A stretch of DNA of 51,251 nucleotides from an uncultured Candidatus Saccharibacteria bacterium (lineage in GTDB: Bacteria > Patescibacteriota > Minisyncoccia > Phycocordibacterales > JACOZG01), in the NCBI GenBank assembly GCA_964546425.1, contig CAZJJW010000001.1, positions 1 through 51,251 of the forward strand. The letters run 5' to 3'. This document shows, piece by piece, positions 8,682-16,125 of this stretch. The stretch's first letter is position 1, and each line of letters starts with the position of its first letter. The notes beneath the pieces were generated by a model. That model had not been told where the DNA came from. It saw nothing but the letters and a program-made list of their open reading frames with translations, and did no database searches. A program made the position numbers and the translations under genes.

Positions 8682-9112
8682 GACTTCAGAACAAATTTCT
8701 TAATCATCATCGCCAGATATTGTTGAAACAGGGGGAATTGCTTTTTGATCTTAGTAATCAGCACTACCGGTTTTAACTTTTCATATTCATGGACCACTTG
8801 ATTACGCAATTTAGCCGATTCCGAAATTTGGTCCACAAAATCGCGCTCGAGAATCTTCGCTTCGGCCAAGCCGTAGAAGGTCGAACGGTAACTTTCGGGG
8901 CTCTCAATCGGACTGTCCGACAAAATAAGCGTATTGATATCAACCGCTTCGTCTACCACCAGCTGGAATAACCGCTCAATCGTTCTAATTATCATCTGAT
9001 CGGCCAAAATCTTCTCGTTCGCCAGCACTAAAAGCGGCTCTAACTCGTCAAGATAAGCCCGTAGCCGGTCGGTTTTGCGTTTAATTTCGTCAGTTTGCAT
9101 AAACCCGTTCAT
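8678..9112 (-). CDS. hepT: HepT-like HEPN (DUF86) toxin
   Basis: RNQVVHEY matches the Rx4HxY HEPN motif. Start taken at ATG 9112 (or 9100), overlapping the end of the upstream NTase gene. Confidence 0.7.
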   Translation of the reverse strand: MNGFMQTDEIKRKTDRLRAYLDELEPLLVLANEKILADQMIIRTIERLFQLVVDEAVDINTLILSDSPIESPESYRSTFYGLAEAKILERDFVDQISESAKLRNQVVHEYEKLKPVVLITKIKKQFPLFQQYLAMMIKKFVLKS

Positions 9113-9500
9113 GTTTACGAGCCCAATTAATAAGCTTCTGGTCACGACGGTCGCGCAACCACCTAGTCTCCATCCAAATTTTCGTGGCATACACTTTCCA
9201 ACGGCTAAAGCTTCCCACCGGATTTTCGTATAGTAGCTTACCGTCGCGAACGATCGCATGAGAGAGTGTTGGTGAGGCTGTGGCCAGGTCAACTACCTCG
9301 ACATTTGGCCTTTTAAAAACAGCGGACAAATCCATCATGAGTCGATAGAGATCAAAACTCTGTTGGCTAATTACACCAACATCAACATCGCTTTTCGCAT
9401 GAGTCTTGCCGGTCGCTTGTGAACCATAAAGCACGACAAAATCAAGCCCATACTTCTCGGCCAGAACGGCCACTTTGGGTTTAATGACTTCTAATTCCAT
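9090..9500 (-). CDS. mntA: MNT-type nucleotidyltransferase antitoxin
   Basis: YGSQATGKTHAKSDVDVGV is the minimal NTase G-S...D-x-D motif. Overlaps the HEPN gene. Confidence 0.7.
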   Translation of the reverse strand: MELEVIKPKVAVLAEKYGLDFVVLYGSQATGKTHAKSDVDVGVISQQSFDLYRLMMDLSAVFKRPNVEVVDLATASPTLSHAIVRDGKLLYENPVGSFSRWKVYATKIWMETRWLRDRRDQKLINWARKHERVYAN

Positions 9501-9643
9501 CTCTCTACTCTACCAAAAATCAAACCTTTCTCCAATACCGCCCCAAGGTCTAGCTTTAATCTATCGTTTTCTTAAAAGCTGTATTACAATAAGACGAGGT
9601 GGAAGAAATTTTTTCTTTACTTAGGTCTTTTTGGAGGCAAATT

Positions 9644-9892
9644 ATGGAACGAGAGGAATTGGAAAAACTTCTGGCGCATGTCCCGTCGTTAATCCAGAAG
9701 CTTGAGGCCCTGAACGCGGAGGTAAACCAGATTTGCGACGACACGCGCAGCGCCCGGTCGGAACCGGCAACCCGAGAAATCCTGGCGGTGGTCGGGCCAT
9801 TGCAAGTTTACACCTTGCAAAGTATGGCGAAACTGAAACAAGCTAAAAAAGACCTCGAGGTCGCTCTCAAACCATTTGAAGTCCTCGCCTAA
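9644..9892 (+). CDS. Hypothetical small helical protein
   Basis: ORF 9599..9892 trimmed to ATG 9644, which is preceded by GGAGG (9633-9637). No recognisable family. Confidence 0.4.
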   Translation: MEREELEKLLAHVPSLIQKLEALNAEVNQICDDTRSARSEPATREILAVVGPLQVYTLQSMAKLKQAKKDLEVALKPFEVLA

Positions 9893-9900
9893 CCAAACAA

Positions 9901-9926
9901 ATGCCACACCTAGTTAGGTGTGGCAT
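9901..9926. terminator. Bidirectional hairpin between convergent genes
   Basis: ATGCCACACCT-AGTT-AGGTGTGGCAT, an 11-bp perfect stem followed by TATTT. Sits between 9644..9892(+) and 9953..10897(-). Confidence 0.6.
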
Positions 9927-9952
9927 TATTTGGGAAAATCTAGATCAAAAAT

Positions 9953-10897
9953 TTAAAACGGGTTTTTCGCCCCTCTGACCTCAAAGTGGACGTGCGGCCC
10001 GGTCGAACGGCCGGTGGAACCGATGGCGCCGATGACTTGACCCTGTTCGACGCCCTGCCCCACCACCACCTCGTTACTGGTATTATGAGCATAGAGCGTT
10101 TGTGTACCGTTGGGGTGGGCGACGACAATGTAATTGCCGTAGCCGCCATTCCAGCCGCCGGTTTTGCTAATAATCACCTGGCCGCCGGCGGCCGCCACGA
10201 TCGGCGCACCGAGCTTGCCCGCCAAATCAACTCCGTTATAACCATGGAGGCCTTGGGTTTTTACGCCACCGGCAATTGGTCTCTGATAATAACCAACGAA
10301 GCTCGGCCCACGACTGCCGCGAACCGGATTCTTTGGTGCGGGCCTTTTGGTCGCCACCGCCGCCTCCTCACCGTCGGGGATCATGATGATGTCACCCACC
10401 GCCAGGGTTTGGTCAGACTCTAGATCATTAAATTGGATGATTTCTTGAGCGTCACCCTTGTACTTAGTCGCAATACTCTCGATGGTCTCGCCCCGAGCCA
10501 CGGTGTGGCGCAGGCCGGTGATTGGCAGGATGACCAAGGTGTCTCCTTCTTTAATCGCCTGACCGCGGCTCAAATTGTTGGCCCAAAGAATGGTGTTAAC
10601 CGAGACATCAAACATTTGGGCGATGCCCCCGAGCGTATCGTCCGGCCGGACGACATAGATGCTAATCTGGTCGCCGGCCGACGTATCATCGAGATCGGCC
10701 GTGGTGCCGAGCGGACCGGCGTCAGCCAAGAGCGCGCTGCCGCCCACGATCGTGATGTCAGCCCCGCCAACCGCCGGCGTCCCGCTCGCCCCGACTGGGG
10801 CCGCCTCGAGACCGACGGTTTGGGAATTAGAACCAAAAACACCCGCCGTAGCCGGCGGGACAGCATAAAAATGGCTAAGCAAAGCCAAAGTAACCAA
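9953..10897 (-). CDS. Secreted LysM-LysM-M23 peptidoglycan metallopeptidase
   Basis: Two LysM-like repeats (YVVRPDDTLGGIAQMF...; HTVARGETIESIATKY...). M23 motifs GVDLAG..., YAHN, GSTGRSTGPHVHFEV. The tracked start is TTG, so the true start is uncertain. Confidence 0.85.
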   Translation of the reverse strand: MVTLALLSHFYAVPPATAGVFGSNSQTVGLEAAPVGASGTPAVGGADITIVGGSALLADAGPLGTTADLDDTSAGDQISIYVVRPDDTLGGIAQMFDVSVNTILWANNLSRGQAIKEGDTLVILPITGLRHTVARGETIESIATKYKGDAQEIIQFNDLESDQTLAVGDIIMIPDGEEAAVATKRPAPKNPVRGSRGPSFVGYYQRPIAGGVKTQGLHGYNGVDLAGKLGAPIVAAAGGQVIISKTGGWNGGYGNYIVVAHPNGTQTLYAHNTSNEVVVGQGVEQGQVIGAIGSTGRSTGPHVHFEVRGAKNPF

Positions 10898-11066
10898 AAG
10901 CGCACTAAAAACTTTAAAATGAGTAAAAATAAGGCTAAAATTAGGGTTGCCAATCGGTCTTACGGTAAAATAGCTTTAATTTAAGCCATTTGTCTGACGA
11001 ACGGTCATTACAGCCACTCTCTAATTATAGCCGAGGTCGAGGCGAATTTCAACCGTTGGGAGGATA

Positions 11067-11086
11067 AACTGTGGATATGTTACAAT
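11067..11086 (+). promoter_or_regulatory. Extended DnaA-box-like 11-mer abutting an extended -10 promoter (TGTTACAAT)
   Basis: AACTGTGGATA at 11067-11077, TGT at 11078-11080, TACAAT at 11081-11086. The ATG of the helicase gene is at 11093, implying a leaderless or very short leader. Confidence 0.5.
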
Positions 11087-11092
11087 CGCCAA

Positions 11093-13045
11093 ATGGAAGC
11101 ACTTAGGGGCTTAAACTCCGATCAACAAGTGGCCGCGGAGCATCGCGCCGGCCCACTGCTCATTGTGGCCGGCGCCGGCGCCGGCAAAACCAAGACGATT
11201 GTCGCCCGGATCTTAAGATTAATTGAAACTGGAATCGCGCCCGAGCAAATTTTGGCCATCACCTTCACCAATAAGGCGGCCGGCGAGATGCGGGAGCGGG
11301 TCCGAACGGCTTTGACCTCCGAAACTTCTTTAAGGTTCGACCTTGGGAATCCTGAATCTAAAGGTCGAACCTTGTCGGAGGTCGGGCCGCTGCCGTTTGT
11401 CAGCACTTTCCATGCCCTGGGTGTTTATTTGCTCCGCGCCGAAAGTCAAGCCACCGGTCTCGGCAAATACTTCAGCATTTTTGATAAAGAAGATTCGCTT
11501 CGGGTGGTCAAAGAGGTAATGAAAACCGGCGGCTTGGACCCAAAACAAATCGAGCCGCGCAAGATTCTGGGCCGAATCTCGCGGGCCAAGGGCAATGGCG
11601 TTAATTGGACCCAATTTCAAAATTCTAATAACGAAAGTTATTTCGATAAACTAGTGATACCGGTCTGGCGCGCCTATGAAATCGAACTTAGGGCGCGCCG
11701 GACGCTTGACTTCGATGACTTACTTTTGAAAACCGCGGAATTACTCGAGGCCAACCCGCTCATTCTTAAACGTTATCAAGATCGCTGGCGCTATATTCAC
11801 ATTGACGAATACCAAGATACCAATGAAATCCAATACCGCCTAGCGCGACTGCTAGCGGTGGCCCATCAAAACATTTGTGTCGTCGGTGATGTTGACCAGT
11901 CTATCTACAGCTGGCGGGGAGCCGACTGCCGCAATATTTTGCGCTTCGAGGAAGATTATCCGAAGGCAAAAGTCGTGCTGCTAGAGCAAAATTATCGTTC
12001 AACCAAAAATATCTTGGAAGCGGCTAATGTGATTATTAAAAAGAATTTTGAGCGCCAAGAGAAAAATTTATTTACCAATAATCCGGCCGGCGACCCAATC
12101 AAGCTCTGGGTTGGTCTCGACGAGAAGGCGGAAGCGGCGCTGGTGGCCGAAGAAGGGGCGCAGTTAATCGAATCTGGCGTCAAACCGGAAGATATCGCCG
12201 TACTCTACCGGACCAATTTCCAATCTCGGGCGATTGAAGAAGCCATGCTCGCCCGCGGTTTGCCTTACCAGGTGCTCGGGACGCGCTTCTTCGAGCGCCA
12301 GGAGGTCAAAGATGTCTTGGCTTATCTCAAGGCGGCTCTTAATCCAGAAGATATCGAGAGCGCCAAGCGGATTATTAATCTGCCGCCCCGGGGCGTGGGC
12401 AAAGGAACGCTCGTCAAACTCTATTCCGGCCAGGCGGCCAGTCTACCGGCCAAAATGCGCGAGAAAATCAGCGAATTCCAAAAGTTGCTCGGCGCCATTC
12501 GCGAGCGGGCCGAGGCCGAACCGCCGTCGTCAGTCCTTAAATTTATTATTCAAGCGGCGGGGCTGGAAAAATTGTACCAAGACGGCACCGAGGAGGGCGC
12601 GGAGCGGCTGGCGAACATTAAGGAACTGGTGACGCTGGCCCTAAGATATGACGTCGAGCCGGCGGGCGAAGCCGTTCACAAGTTAATCACCGACGCGGCC
12701 TTGGCTTCCGACCAGGACACACTCAAAGAGCGCGGCGGCGGGATTAAACTAATGACCGTTCATACCGCCAAAGGCCTCGAATTCCGTTATGTTTTCATTA
12801 CCGGCCTGGAACAAAATCTCTTCCCGAGCGGTCACCTTGATGAGGACGGCGACCGCGATCATGAAGAAGAGCGACGACTCTTCTACGTCGCCCTCACCCG
12901 GGCCAAAGAACGACTTTACTTAACTTACGCCCAAGTCCGGACCATCTTCGGCTCGCGCCAATTCACTTTGCCATCCGAATTCCTGACCGACATCCCGCCG
13001 CACCTCGTCGAGAGCCGAGACTTCTTGATTGATATTGGATTTTAA
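11093..13045 (+). CDS. UvrD/PcrA-family ATP-dependent DNA helicase
   Basis: Walker A AGAGAGKTKT, motif II HIDEYQDTN, VVGDVDQSIYSWRGA, LEQNYRS, VHTAKGLEF, YVALTRAK. Confidence 0.9.
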   Translation: MEALRGLNSDQQVAAEHRAGPLLIVAGAGAGKTKTIVARILRLIETGIAPEQILAITFTNKAAGEMRERVRTALTSETSLRFDLGNPESKGRTLSEVGPLPFVSTFHALGVYLLRAESQATGLGKYFSIFDKEDSLRVVKEVMKTGGLDPKQIEPRKILGRISRAKGNGVNWTQFQNSNNESYFDKLVIPVWRAYEIELRARRTLDFDDLLLKTAELLEANPLILKRYQDRWRYIHIDEYQDTNEIQYRLARLLAVAHQNICVVGDVDQSIYSWRGADCRNILRFEEDYPKAKVVLLEQNYRSTKNILEAANVIIKKNFERQEKNLFTNNPAGDPIKLWVGLDEKAEAALVAEEGAQLIESGVKPEDIAVLYRTNFQSRAIEEAMLARGLPYQVLGTRFFERQEVKDVLAYLKAALNPEDIESAKRIINLPPRGVGKGTLVKLYSGQAASLPAKMREKISEFQKLLGAIRERAEAEPPSSVLKFIIQAAGLEKLYQDGTEEGAERLANIKELVTLALRYDVEPAGEAVHKLITDAALASDQDTLKERGGGIKLMTVHTAKGLEFRYVFITGLEQNLFPSGHLDEDGDRDHEEERRLFYVALTRAKERLYLTYAQVRTIFGSRQFTLPSEFLTDIPPHLVESRDFLIDIGF

Positions 13046-13095
13046 ATTTTTGACACAAATTTTATGTTGAGTAAGATTAGTTTAAATTATGCCCA

Positions 13096-13410
13096 TTGAA
13101 ACATATGTCGTTATGGTTTTGTCCGCCATTATGTTTGGCGCTTGTTTGTTCCCATTACATTTACCGTTTTCTTCTTGTCCTTTCTGGTATTTGGGACGAT
13201 CAAGATTACTTTGGCGACGTTAGAAAGAAAGTTGACTGGCTTTCTAAAATTAACGAGCTGGCTCTCTATAACTACATGATCTCGTTTATCTATTCGCTAA
13301 TTACCGGAAATTGGTTAGTCTTTTTGGTTGTCTTTATCACCACCAGTTCCTACGACCTGGTGAAATATAGTTTCCACCAACTGGGCTATTACAAAAATGT
13401 CTCGCCATAA
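13096..13410 (+). CDS. Hypothetical small membrane protein
   Basis: AT-rich ORF with hydrophobic segments. TTG at 13096 or ATG at 13105. The stop is immediately followed by a REP-B hairpin. Confidence 0.3.
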   Translation: MKHMSLWFCPPLCLALVCSHYIYRFLLVLSGIWDDQDYFGDVRKKVDWLSKINELALYNYMISFIYSLITGNWLVFLVVFITTSSYDLVKYSFHQLGYYKNVSP

Positions 13411-13437
13411 CCACTTGGAGGCTAAGCCTCCAAGTGG
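13411..13437. repeat. REP hairpin, family B (CCACTTGGAGGC-TAA-GCCTCCAAGTGG)
   Basis: Perfect 12-bp stem with 3-nt loop, 12 nt upstream of the RAYT-2 start. Confidence 0.8.
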
Positions 13438-13449
13438 TAGACTGATGCC

Positions 13450-14109
13450 ATGCGTAAAGTTGAGTTCGCTAACAACGAGTTTTACCATCTCTACAATCGT
13501 GGCGTTGATAAGAGAAATATCTTCGGCGAAAAGAAAGATGTTGACCGTTTTCTGCAAAGTCTCAAAGAATTCAACACCATTGAACCGATCGGCAGTATTT
13601 TTGAGCAATCGTTTTCCAAAACCATCTCTCAATCAGAAAAGAAGCTGGTAGAATTCGTGTGCTACGCGCTAAACCACAACCACTACCATCTTTTGGTCAG
13701 ACAAGTTTCCGACCAGGGAATCGAGAAGTTTATGCATCGTCTCTCGACTGGCTACACCAGATATTTCAATGACAGAAACCAGAGAACGGGGTCTTTGTTT
13801 CAAGGCCCCTACCAAGCTCGTTATGTTGACTCCAACGAATACCTCCTGCACCTAAGCGTTTACATCAACCTAAATGACATCGCCCATGGCGTAAACCAAC
13901 TTGGAGGCTTAGCCTCCAAGTTGGGAAGAACTAGTTGGGGGGAATTTACCTTACCGACAACAAGACCGGCTTTATGTCAGAAGGATATTATTTTAGGCCA
14001 GTTTGGAAACATTCAAGAATATAAGGACTTTGCCAAAGAGGCACTGGTTGGTATCCAAGAACAGAAATTATTAGCCAAGGAGCTCGAGGGTTTAGAACTT
14101 GGAGGCTAA
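13450..14109 (+). CDS. REP-associated tyrosine transposase-like protein, copy 2
   Basis: HUH motif NHYHLLV; Y region SVYINLND. Paralog of 3543..4247. Bracketed by and containing family B REP hairpins. Confidence 0.7.
   Translation: MRKVEFANNEFYHLYNRGVDKRNIFGEKKDVDRFLQSLKEFNTIEPIGSIFEQSFSKTISQSEKKLVEFVCYALNHNHYHLLVRQVSDQGIEKFMHRLSTGYTRYFNDRNQRTGSLFQGPYQARYVDSNEYLLHLSVYINLNDIAHGVNQLGGLASKLGRTSWGEFTLPTTRPALCQKDIILGQFGNIQEYKDFAKEALVGIQEQKLLAKELEGLELGG
13896..13924. repeat. REP hairpin, family B, inverted orientation (loop TTA), inside RAYT-2 ORF
   Basis: CCAACTTGGAGGC-TTA-GCCTCCAAGTTGG, a 13-bp perfect stem. Encodes ...NQLGGLASKLG... Confidence 0.8.
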
Positions 14110-14119
14110 GCCTCCAAGT
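14097..14119. repeat. REP hairpin, family B; loop TAA is the RAYT-2 stop codon
   Basis: ACTTGGAGGC-TAA-GCCTCCAAGT, a 10-bp perfect stem. TAA at 14107-14109 ends ORF 13450..14109. Confidence 0.8.
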
Positions 14120-14124
14120 AGAAT

Positions 14125-14904
14125 ATGCGGGCGAAAAAATCATTGGGGCAGCATTGGTTGCGGTCGGGGAGCGCCCGGCAGGCGATAATTGAGGCCGCGG
14201 GGCTAAGCGACCCCACTTCGCCAAGGCTTCGCGGGGCGACCACTACTGTGGTCGAGATCGGGCCCGGAGAAGGATTCTTGACCGAAACGTTGTTAGAAAC
14301 CGGCGTCAAAGTGGTCGCGGTTGAAAAAGATGATCGGTTGATTGAAGTTTTACAAGCAAAATTTAAAAAAGAAATTCTAGATGGCCAACTAGAATTGAGG
14401 CACGTGGATATTTTGGACTTCGACTATAACCTACTCCCCAAAACCTATTCCCTCGTCGCCAACATTCCTTACTACATCACCGGCGCGGTGATCAAAAAAT
14501 TTTTAACATCAGAAAATCAACCCCAAGCGATGACGCTTCTGGTTCAAAAAGAGGTCGCGGAGAGAATCGCGCGCGAGAAAAAAGAATCTCTTTTATCAAT
14601 CTCGGTCAAAGTTTATGGCCAGCCGAAATATATTAAGACTGTTCCCGCCGGCGCCTTCGCGCCGGCGCCCAAAGTTGATTCAGCAATTCTCTCAATCACC
14701 AATATTTCACGCCAGAATTTTGAAAATGTCAGTGAAGAAAAATTTTTCGCTATTTTAAAGCGCGGTTTTGCCCACAAACGCAAATTACTCAAAAGCAATC
14801 TCAGCTGTTCGGCGGAAGTCTTGGCGAATTGTCATATCAACGAGCAAGCGCGCGCCGAAAATTTAACTTTAGACCAATGGCTTTGTCTTTGCAAAAACTG
14901 CTAA
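14125..14904 (+). CDS. rsmA: 16S rRNA (adenine1518/1519-N6)-dimethyltransferase
   Basis: KKSLGQHWL, SAM motif VVEIGPGEGFLT, ANIPYYITG. Extra segment SDPTSPRLRGATT before the SAM motif. Confidence 0.85.
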   Translation: MRAKKSLGQHWLRSGSARQAIIEAAGLSDPTSPRLRGATTTVVEIGPGEGFLTETLLETGVKVVAVEKDDRLIEVLQAKFKKEILDGQLELRHVDILDFDYNLLPKTYSLVANIPYYITGAVIKKFLTSENQPQAMTLLVQKEVAERIAREKKESLLSISVKVYGQPKYIKTVPAGAFAPAPKVDSAILSITNISRQNFENVSEEKFFAILKRGFAHKRKLLKSNLSCSAEVLANCHINEQARAENLTLDQWLCLCKNC

Positions 14905-15353
14905 TCACTCTGTTGGCCAGTCTCGCCGTGCTTGTTGGCTTACACCCAACGGAGGCGAAGCCTCCGCCGAGCGGAGGCTTCGCCTCCGTTGTGATTGGCG
15001 ACACCACCATTAAGCTTGAGCTCGCCCGGACGCCAGCCGAGCAAACCCAAGGTTTGTCAGACCGAACATCACTTGACGAGCGGGCCGGAATGCTTTTTGT
15101 CTTCCCGGCCGACCAAATTCCGGCCTTTTGGATGAAGGAGATGCGCTTCCCAATTGATATCATTTGGCTCAACGTCGACGGGCAAATTGTTGACATTACT
15201 CCCAACCTCGCCCCAAGCACTTTTCCGCAAACTTTTTCGCCAAAAATCCCAATTCGCTATGTCTTAGAGGTGAATGCCGGCTTCGCCGGCCGCCATGACC
15301 TGAAAATCGGCGATTTTATCCACTTTTCGGGTGTTCCGGGGCTACAAAATTAA
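14877..15353 (+). CDS. DUF192-family secreted protein
   Basis: ORF 14829..15353 trimmed to ATG 14877 (MALSLQKLLITLLASLAVLVGL signal/anchor). GMLFVFP...FWMKEMRFPIDIIWL...YVLEVNAG is the DUF192 pattern. Confidence 0.65.
   Translation: MALSLQKLLITLLASLAVLVGLHPTEAKPPPSGGFASVVIGDTTIKLELARTPAEQTQGLSDRTSLDERAGMLFVFPADQIPAFWMKEMRFPIDIIWLNVDGQIVDITPNLAPSTFPQTFSPKIPIRYVLEVNAGFAGRHDLKIGDFIHFSGVPGLQN
14948..14990. repeat. REPIN-like doublet of two inverted family A REPs, in frame inside the DUF192 gene
   Basis: AACGGAGGCGAAGCCTCCG-CCGA-GCGGAGGCTTCGCCTCCGTT. Two hairpins in opposite orientation form a larger near-palindrome. Translated as TEAKPPPSGGFASV. Confidence 0.8.
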
Positions 15354-15378
15354 CTCTCGGTGAAGTATAATAAAGGAG

Positions 15379-16125
15379 GTGAAAAAGCGGATTTTAATAA
15401 TTCTGGCTTTTGGTGTACTTGTTTTGTCGGCCGGTTTAGTAATTTTGTGGTGGATCGGCGGCAAAAGCTTGGAAAATAACACCAGCGACGTGGAGGCCAA
15501 CCGCGCCCAGTTGGTCCAAGCCACCAATGAATTGCTCGGCAGCCGCCCCGGAACCAGTACGGAGATTCTCCGCCAAGCGATTGAGAAGAAGGGCGACTTG
15601 CCAGTTATTATTCCTGACCTTCGCCAAGTGAAACCGGCTGGCGTCTACTACGAACTAGTGGACTTGCGCTTGGCCGACATTACCGAGCCCTCGGCCTTAC
15701 GTGAGTACGGTCTCCAAGTCGCGGCGGCGATGTCGCTTTATGCCAAGGCCGAAATCCACAACGAAATGGCCGAGGCGCTGGCGGCTTATCAAGCGAATCA
15801 GCCGCTTCAATTAACCGGCGTGACAAAGATGAAGAACTTGTACCTGCAAATCATTGAGCGGCTCGCAATCCAGACCGTGCCACAGAGCGCTGGCCCGGCT
15901 CACTTGGCGCTCATCAACTCGCTCGTCGGTCTGGCCGAGATCGATATCCATATGGAACAGATCTTCGACGAGCCGGTGGTTGGTCTGCAAGCGATTCAGC
16001 TCTATCCGGAACGCTACGGCGCCTTGCTCAAAGCGATGCTGGGGATTAATAAATACTTCACCGATCAGGGAATTAAGTTCTCGGCTACCGAACACACCGA
16101 CCTGCCTTACATTTTTGCTCAATGA
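15379..16125 (+). CDS. Hypothetical N-terminally anchored protein (first gene of T4SS-like operon)
   Basis: GTG start. TM segment ILIILAFGVLVLSAGLVILWWIGG. The stop overlaps the next start (ATGA). Confidence 0.5.
   Translation: MKKRILIILAFGVLVLSAGLVILWWIGGKSLENNTSDVEANRAQLVQATNELLGSRPGTSTEILRQAIEKKGDLPVIIPDLRQVKPAGVYYELVDLRLADITEPSALREYGLQVAAAMSLYAKAEIHNEMAEALAAYQANQPLQLTGVTKMKNLYLQIIERLAIQTVPQSAGPAHLALINSLVGLAEIDIHMEQIFDEPVVGLQAIQLYPERYGALLKAMLGINKYFTDQGIKFSATEHTDLPYIFAQ

Noticed and set aside
9986-10984. Plus-strand ORFs 9986..10423, 10433..10984 and 10659..10868, and minus-strand ORF 10570..10953, overlapping the M23 peptidase gene.
   Set aside because: The minus-strand frame 9953..10897 carries clear LysM and M23 motifs. 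The others are Arg/Pro/Ala-rich shadows with no motifs.
14190-14245. Possible decayed REP inside the rsmA N-terminal insertion (SDPTSPRLRGATT; DNA contains AAGGCTTCGC, resembling the REP-A core GAGGCTTCGC).
   Set aside because: I could not draw a convincing palindrome. Only one half-site-like word is present, so chance similarity cannot be excluded.
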